Source: Paraspadella gotoi (Eukaryota > Animalia > Chaetognatha). Taken from it: DNA of 64,000 bases. The stretch is from contig CM119264.1 of NCBI GenBank assembly GCA_051294375.1, positions 19,785,590 through 19,849,589 of the forward strand, in the 5' to 3' direction. A model generated the notes under the pieces. That model was not told the origin of the DNA. It made no database searches and saw only the letters and a list, made by a program, of their open reading frames with translations. Numbering within the stretch: position 1 is the first letter of the stretch; the number at the start of each line of letters is the position of its first letter. Both the position numbers and the translations under genes were made by a program. Below, one piece after another: positions 50,801 to 58,859 of this stretch.

Positions 50801-53800
50801 ATCATTTTTAAAAATTCTTTCATAAAGTGGGATAAAAATTTAAAAAACTATATTATTTATTATATAAAAAATAAATTTTCAGCTTAAAATATAGCTTTTT
50901 CTAATTTTTGACCTACTTAATAAAAGCATTTTTTAAAAAGAGTTATATTTCTTTTTATCAACTTTTTAAAAAAATATTTTAAAAAAATGTTTTGAAATTT
51001 TAACATTTATTGGATTAGTATTAGTATAAATATGGCTTACTGCATAAATTGTAAAATTTATTATAAATTTTTTTTATACATAAATGTTCATTAGTATAAT
51101 GTTGTTTGTTGCTCACTTTTAGAATTTTAATTAAAGTTAAATTTAAAAATTTTACTACGCCTTACTACGCAGTACAAATCTTTGTTAAATAAAAATTTCG
51201 GCAAAGCGGGAGTATCTCCATTTATCCTATTGGTACAATACCTAAATTTCAAAATAAAACCTGAAGAAAAAATTTCCGTCATCTAAAGACATATTACTTT
51301 CAGTTGTACCCATCGTCTTATTTATTTATGGCTTATGGTTTAAGAAATCAGAGAACCGTTTCCTATTTTTTTTAAAATAGTACTAGTGCGTCAAAAATCT
51401 AAGGAGAAACTTGAAAATTTTATTCCGACAAATTTTGCCTTTCAAGGCTGACGTTTATGACTATATCTAGGAAACCATTGTAGGAATTTAAAAACGGTTT
51501 TTTGCATGTTAATATTGACATCATTCTCCATGGAACGGCATAAAAATATATAAAAAAATTATTTCAAATTAGGTCTCGAATGAGGTATCTACAGTAAGCT
51601 TTTATTAACGGACAGTACCATTGGGACACACTGTATTTAAATGTTGATTCACTAAACAGTTTATTCAGCACTTTTAAAAGAAAAACGATTATATTTTAGT
51701 ACCGTTTTCAATTTTAGTTTCAGTTTATTATTTCATATTTTGTCATTTATTTAAGTACCAATTAAATTTTTTTTTGTTGTTAGCTTGTTCTGAAATGGAA
51801 ACAAAACTGCCTTCAAAAAATCTTCATGACCAAAAGGTTCCCCCAAAAACAAATGTGGAGCTCAGTTGTGAGGTTCCAGATGGCCTGGTAGTTAAAACTC
51901 AGTGGTATAAAGATGGGGTACCTATAAATGTGAAAAGCGATAAATATGAAGAAAAGGTGGAAGGAAACAAAAGGATTTTGATTGTGAAGAGTGCAGATAT
52001 ACTAGACCAAGGAATTTTTACCTGTGAAACTCCAACTTTCAAATCTTCAGCAAAATTAGAAGTGACATCAGAGCGTAAGTCTTACTTACTTCTTAATTTT
52101 TCCAAATTATCGTGTTTATTCTTTTTTATCTTTCACTATCATGAAAAAATAACCATTAAAACTTCTACTACATACACTATCCCAAATACCTATAAAAATA
52201 TAATTTGGTACTTTTATTTTTAAAATTAAATAAAATCAAACTTCAAACTGTATTTAACTTTTTTACAGTCTCTTTGCATTCTCGAGTAAATACTCGTTAA
52301 AGTTGTGTTTTCATAAAAGTCTTTTCCCCTTGAACGTTATCATTTTTAAAATGATACTTTACTTTTAAAATTTTTGTAATTTTTTAAATTACAAACTACT
52401 CGTGGCTTAAGAAAAACAAATTTTTTTTTTATCAAACAATATTAAATTTTATAATATATTTTACTAGGGAATGGTCCTGTCTTTTTAAACTGACTTTATA
52501 CATATGTTTTGAAAGAAATAACCAACCGGCTGACAAACAATAGTATATATTAAGTGTTTTCTATTTTTCAAAAACGTTTTCGTGCACAGTTAATATACTA
52601 ATATGTATTCCCTGCTGATGAAAATTTTTCTGATGGTATTTTCGTACTAAATTTCTATAATTTCAGTACTAACTAATTAGAGGATTTTTTTAACCATTAG
52701 TTTTCAAATTCATAATTTTTTTTAACCATTAATTTTCAACTTCTTCCAATGCACAATTTTAGTCTCTTCTATTTTTAGTCGGATCTGCTTTCAGCAGATC
52801 CCGACTCTATTTAATTCACTTTGTCGGTCCGTCGGTCCGCCCCCTCAATCTTGTCGGGCATTCACTTATATCATGTCAGAACATCGAATTATGATAAATT
52901 ATGCAAAAAAAAAGATGTCCGTCTGTCTGTCTGTCCGTCCGTTCGTCCGTCCGTCCCACCTTAGCAAAAAACACCAATTACTCGTGATTGGATGGATGGA
53001 TTAGTATGAAATTTTGTGTGTGGGTAGGGAAGTGTGTGATTGAGCTGGATATGAAGTTTCGATGAAATCGTCCGAGTAGAAATGAGTTTAAATGGAAAAA
53101 ACAAAAAAAATATATTTCACTATTTGAACACCAATTGCTCATGAGTGGATGGGGCCGATTGACTTGAAATTTTGTATTTGGGTGGAAAAGTGTGTGATTA
53201 AACTGGAAATCAAGTTTCGATGGAATCGTTTGAGTGGAAATGAGTTTAAATGGTAAAAACAAAGAACCTGTTTCACTAATGGATTATGCTTCTTTTTCTT
53301 TTTATTTTAAATGTAAATGCAAGATGTATTAATTAATCAAATAATTAATTAGTTAATTAATCAATTAGTTAATTAATTAATCAATAATTAATTAAGCAGT
53401 TAATTAATCAATCAAAACAAACATTTTGGATCAAATTAATTGCATAATTAATTAAATAATTAACTTGAATAAATTAATTATTAATTAATTAAATAATTAA
53501 TTATTTATTAATTAATTAATTAATTACGATAATGATCGTGGGCAGATCCGACATTGTTTGCTCAAACTTGTTTTCCTGGGTAATCACTAATCTCTAACCT
53601 TCAGTCACAATACCTGTTTTTTTCAGTTTCAAATTATTAATAGCCCAAAAAAGCTTAATTTATTGTTTGATGAAAATAGTTTTACCTATATTCAATAATT
53701 TGTTTTCCCTTTTTTGTCCCGTTCAAAAACAGAAGCATCTGTTTCTTCAAAAAATCTTGAAAACCAAAAGGTTCTTCTAAAAGCTAATGCTGAGCTTAGT

Positions 53801-56800
53801 TGTGAAATTCCTGATGGTCCAGATGTTCAAAGTCACTGGTATAAAGATGGAGTGCCTATAAATATTGAAAGTGATAAATATGAGGAGAAAGTTATTGGAA
53901 ATAAAAGAATTTTAGTTATTAAAAAGGCAGATATTTTAGATCAGGGCACATTTACCTGTCAAACCCCCAAATTCAAGTCTTCAGCAAAATTAGAAGTATC
54001 CTCCCAAAGTAAGTTTTTAAAATATATTTCCACTTAGTTAATATTTTTTGCCGGATCTGCTTAATTAGGCAAGCGATCACTCAATTTAAACTTTGAAATA
54101 CACTGAAATAGAGCAGATATTTAGAAAGTAGACCTTTTGACGATTCCGAAAATGTATTCACTTTCTCTTTTTTTCAAAGACGTTGCCATTTATTTGGACT
54201 TTTTATTACTATAAAAAATAAAAGAGACTGATCGGAAGAGTTGGAGTCCAAACGCAGAAGCGGATTTTTATAAAATTTTTAACAAATTTACTTCAGTTCC
54301 ATCCAATCACGAGTAATTGGAGTTTTTTGCTAAGACGGACGGACAGACAGACGGACGGACTAATATCGTTTTTTTGCATAATTTATCATAATTCGATGTT
54401 GACATGATATATGTGAATGCCCGACAAGATTGAGGGGGCGGACCGACGGACCGGCAAAGTAAATTACAAAGTCGGGATCTGCTTAAAAGCAGATCCGACT
54501 AAAAAAATTATGTCCATCCTTTTGTCTATTTATCAATTAATCTATCCATCCCTGTAAGCTTTAAACGCCAATTACTCGGGTGAGTGAGCATAAAAGTGGG
54601 AAAGAGTTGAAATGTAACAAACAAAAAATATTTTTTTATTATTAAATTTCATTTCTTTACCTTTTATATTAAATATAAATGTATGCTACAACAACAATAT
54701 ATTATATATTATATTCACACCGCCTCAATATACCATAATTATGACAATCACCATACCCACAGCTGACACAATGACGATCACCTGCTTAATCATAATGATT
54801 TTTCTCGTTCGTAACATTTCCTGTGGAGATATCTCACAATCCCTTCATCCAAGAGACTTAAATTGAGGCTCATTTTGGAATATTGTGGCGGTATCTCATT
54901 GGCTCAATAAGCTCATTAAGCGTTACATTACATCCATTCCCTCTGCGTTGGCAAAGCAAGACCGTCCTAAGGTAACCCAACGCCACTGTCTGGGTTTGTG
55001 GCCCCCAGTCACATGCCTTCAGGGTAAGCTTTTCGCCTATGCCCTATGACCAATCAACCGCCTTCAGGGTATGCAATGCATACTATGCATCCCATGCCTA
55101 TGCCCTACTACTTGCTCTCAAAATGGTAACAGGCTTGAGGAACAACCTAGCTGTTGCCATAATATAGTATAGTAATAATATACTGTTAGAGAGTCATGAT
55201 TGAAAGCTTGCAGAGACCTGCGAGGTCATTATCTTGTTAGTGATGGAGGCCTTAAACCACCAAAGCCTGTCCAAAGTCAGGGGCAAGATAGCTTATTTGT
55301 TAAATGAATGGATAATTTTTATTGGTTGTACCAATTTCATAGTACAGTCCTGTGCAAAAAAAAACAAAAACGCGCCACTTTATTTCAGATTTTAAAAATC
55401 ACCCTATATACTTGAATTTTTTTAAAAAAGTTTAAAAGTAATTTCAAGTTTATTAAAATATGATAAGTTTAATATATATTTTATTAAAATTGGGCCATCA
55501 GTTTAGGAGCAATACTTTTTTAAAATTTTAATTTATTTTACAGATATAAACTTTGGAGTATGTATCTGGGCAATCAGAATATCAAAAGCTTTTTCACAAC
55601 CACAATGATAGCTTTAATTTTATAGTTTTTCAAATTGCAGATGTGCAGATGAAAGTCGATTTTCTTGTTTGGTTTTGGAAGATTCAAGTTTAAAAAATCA
55701 TATCTGCTAAACCATTAGACAGATTTTAATAAAATTTAAATATATTGATTCTTTTTTTAATAATTTTAAAAGTTTTTATATAATTTTTAGAAATGTTTTT
55801 ATTGAGCGTTTGCAATTTAAAGTTATAAAGTGGTGCCTTTTTTTGCACAGGATTGTATTAACTTCTCGGCTCCAATGAAGTCGATCAACTTACAATTTAT
55901 TTACCTTTTAAAGTTTTATGAAGTCACAATCAATTAAAACTTAATTAAATTCAAAAAGTATATTATGCAAAATGTTGTATTTTTTGTGATCTACAACATT
56001 GCATAAATTTCTTAATTGTTTAATGCTTAGTCACTTTGTAATTTTTTAAAATAATAGGGAAACAATTTTTTTTACCGAACGTCAGCTGATTTTATTATTT
56101 TTTTTAAATTTAAAAATTCAAAATATAAAATTTAAAGAATCTAAATCATTATTTTTGTTGCTTGTGTAATATTAGGAAAAATCGAAAATTTTGAATGATA
56201 ACAACAAATGACTTTATTGATTATTAATTATAATGTTTCGACTCTATAGGATTCGAGTCTTCATCAGCGTTTAAATCAGTAACTTTTCAGTTTTTTCAAG
56301 CATTAAATTTGTGAGGGATAACAGAGGGAGAGTTTCCAACAAAGATTTTAGAAAAGGATAGTGGTCAGTTGTGAGGACAGGTGAAGGTAAGGACAGGAAA
56401 GGAGAGAAAGTGAATAAGTTTGAAATGGTGAAAGAGAGGGAGAGAGAGTGAAAGGGAAAAAAATCATGCATTTTTGGCTATGTACAACAATAATAAATAA
56501 ATAGAAAAACATTTTGAGCTCTTTTTTTTTCTTAACTTCACTTACTCTTATCTTATCTATCCCTCATCACTTATTCTTCCATTTCAATTTTACTATTAAC
56601 TTTTACTTTACTTTCACTGACATCAGCTAAACAGTTAATTTATTAGACTTTGTTAAATTAAGTTTTTATATTTTAGCGAAAACAAAGTTTAGAGTTTGTA
56701 CTACAACAATTTTTTATTTAATATAAACAGACATGTTTCGACTCTTGTTTGAGCCTTCATCAGTGTTTGACAGACTATCAAAAACTTTAGCAAAAGTAAA

Positions 56801-57284
56801 TGTGTGTGAGAGAGAGAGAGAGCTAAAGTTTCTCTCTCTCTCTCTCTCACACATTTACTTTTGCAAAAGTTTTTGATAGTCTGTCAAACACTGATGAAGG
56901 CTCGAACAAGAGTCGAAACATGTCTGTTTATATTAAATAAAAAATCGTAGTACAAACTCTAAACTTTGTTTTCGCTCAAACACCAAAACACAACGAAACG
57001 AAAGGAATACCACATTATAGTTTTTATATTTAATTATAATTGTTGTACATTGCCAAAAATATAATATTTTTTCTCACTTTCACTCTCTCTCTCTTTCTTT
57101 CACAATTTCAAACTTGTTCACTATCTCTCTTTCCCTGTCCTTACCTTTACCTGTCCTCACAACTGACCACTGTAGCGGTCATAATCATATATTATTGGCG
57201 AATAACAATGTAATACAGAGAATACATGTAGAACATGGAAGATCATCAGACAAGACTAAAAAGAGAGAGCACGGCACAGATAAA

Positions 57285-57319
<35 letters not shown>

Positions 57320-58824
57320 TAACCGGCCTCCTTCGCGACCGCTAAACATAATGACCACCGAGGGTTGACCCCGTGGCTACGAAACCTTCGTAGCCACATC
57401 CCCGCCCCCGGAAAAAAGTCCGAAGGACGTTCTTTTGATGAAGGTAGGGGTGGCTGATGGGCACGGTCTGGTGGGTGGCGTTTTGAGGAGTTTATTGTCG
57501 CGCAAACGGCGGCATAGGATCGTTGAGGCGGTGGAGCCAACCGGTAAAAGTAAGAAACCGGCTGGTCGGGCAGAAATGGCCTCACCCTGCGAGGTGGTGA
57601 GGCCCAGTGAGGTTTTAGTGGCATTTTCCGAGATGTTTGAGGTGCCTTCCAGGGTGGCGGAGGAGCCTGCTGAGGTTGTAGCGACGCCCTGTGAGATGGT
57701 GGCAACGTCCTGCGAGATGGCAGCGGCGCCCTCCAAGATGGCGGCGGAGCCCTCGAGGATAGCGGCGGCGCCTTCCACGGTGGTGGCAGCTCCTTCCGAG
57801 GTGGCGGCGGTGCTTGCCCAGGTGGTGACGTTGTTAAGCAGGCAGTTTGTGTGACTGAGCTTGACGTTTTTGATGTCCCAAGTTGGCGTCGCACGGCACG
57901 GATTGCCGTAAGAGCAACGCCAATTTCATGGTGGACGACATCATTAAGGGATGGAGACGCAAGCCTTGCAGCGTTCAGCACGTCAATAGCGGCTTGCATG
58001 GCATCCACGATGGTGATGTTCACGTTGTCGTCGGCGATGACGCTCGTTTGAGTGGAGATATCTTCGTGGAAGCGTTGACGGTAGCAATGGCTGCATCTGC
58101 CGTAATGACAATGTCCGTGAGAGAGGCGGCCTCAACAGTATCAACACCGATGGTCGAAGTAGAAGCGTTGAAAGTTGTTGGCGCGGTGGTTCCAGTGGAG
58201 GCATCTCGAGTTGGCGGAAACCAACCAGGAGGCGGACCCTTCACGAGAGACGCGAGTTCCAATGTCGCGGGAAAAGCCGCGATAGGAGACGCTGCTGTCA
58301 TCGTCGTCGCCGAATTACAAACCGTGGTTTCCGCACCCGTAGATGGCGTTTTTGAGAAAATTATAGAGCAAAATTTTTCTTTCATTTCTTCAGCGTGAAA
58401 TTCAATAACGTGATTTATTGTTTGGTTGTTGGAGATTCGGATGTCGCTGCCTTGAATAATCAGCTTAAGTTTTTTTGAAACTTTGACTTTAAATTGGTAT
58501 TTGTCGGAAAAACTGATGAAAACGATGGACTTTGCGCTCCCGACATCTTTGACAATTTTCAGTATTCCTTGGCGAACAGATTCTTGTCTCGTAGGGCCGT
58601 CTGAGAGAAAAAACGGTGGCAATGAAGAGCTCCGTCATGGTTTGTTTTGTTTGTCAGAAGGATTTTTGCATGTTCTCGTCGGGCTCACCAGTTATGTAGC
58701 GGTCATAATCATATATTATTGGCGAATAACAATGTAATACAGAGAACACATGTAGAACATGGAAGATCATCAGACGAGACTAAAAAGAGAGAGCACGGCA
58801 CAGATAAAGTAAGAGAGAGAGAGT

Positions 58825-58859
<35 letters not shown>

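Larger units (their letters stand above)
44052..51633. mobile_element. Tc1/mariner-type element inflated to 7.6 kb by nested insertions
   Basis: Perfect 29-bp TIR CAGTGTGTCCCAATGGTACTGTCCGTTAA with TA on both sides. Confidence 0.7.

Noticed and set aside
57435-58398. Plus-strand ORFs inside the LTR element
   Set aside because: Antisense shadows of GC-rich repetitive sequence; PBS and PPT orient the element on the minus strand.
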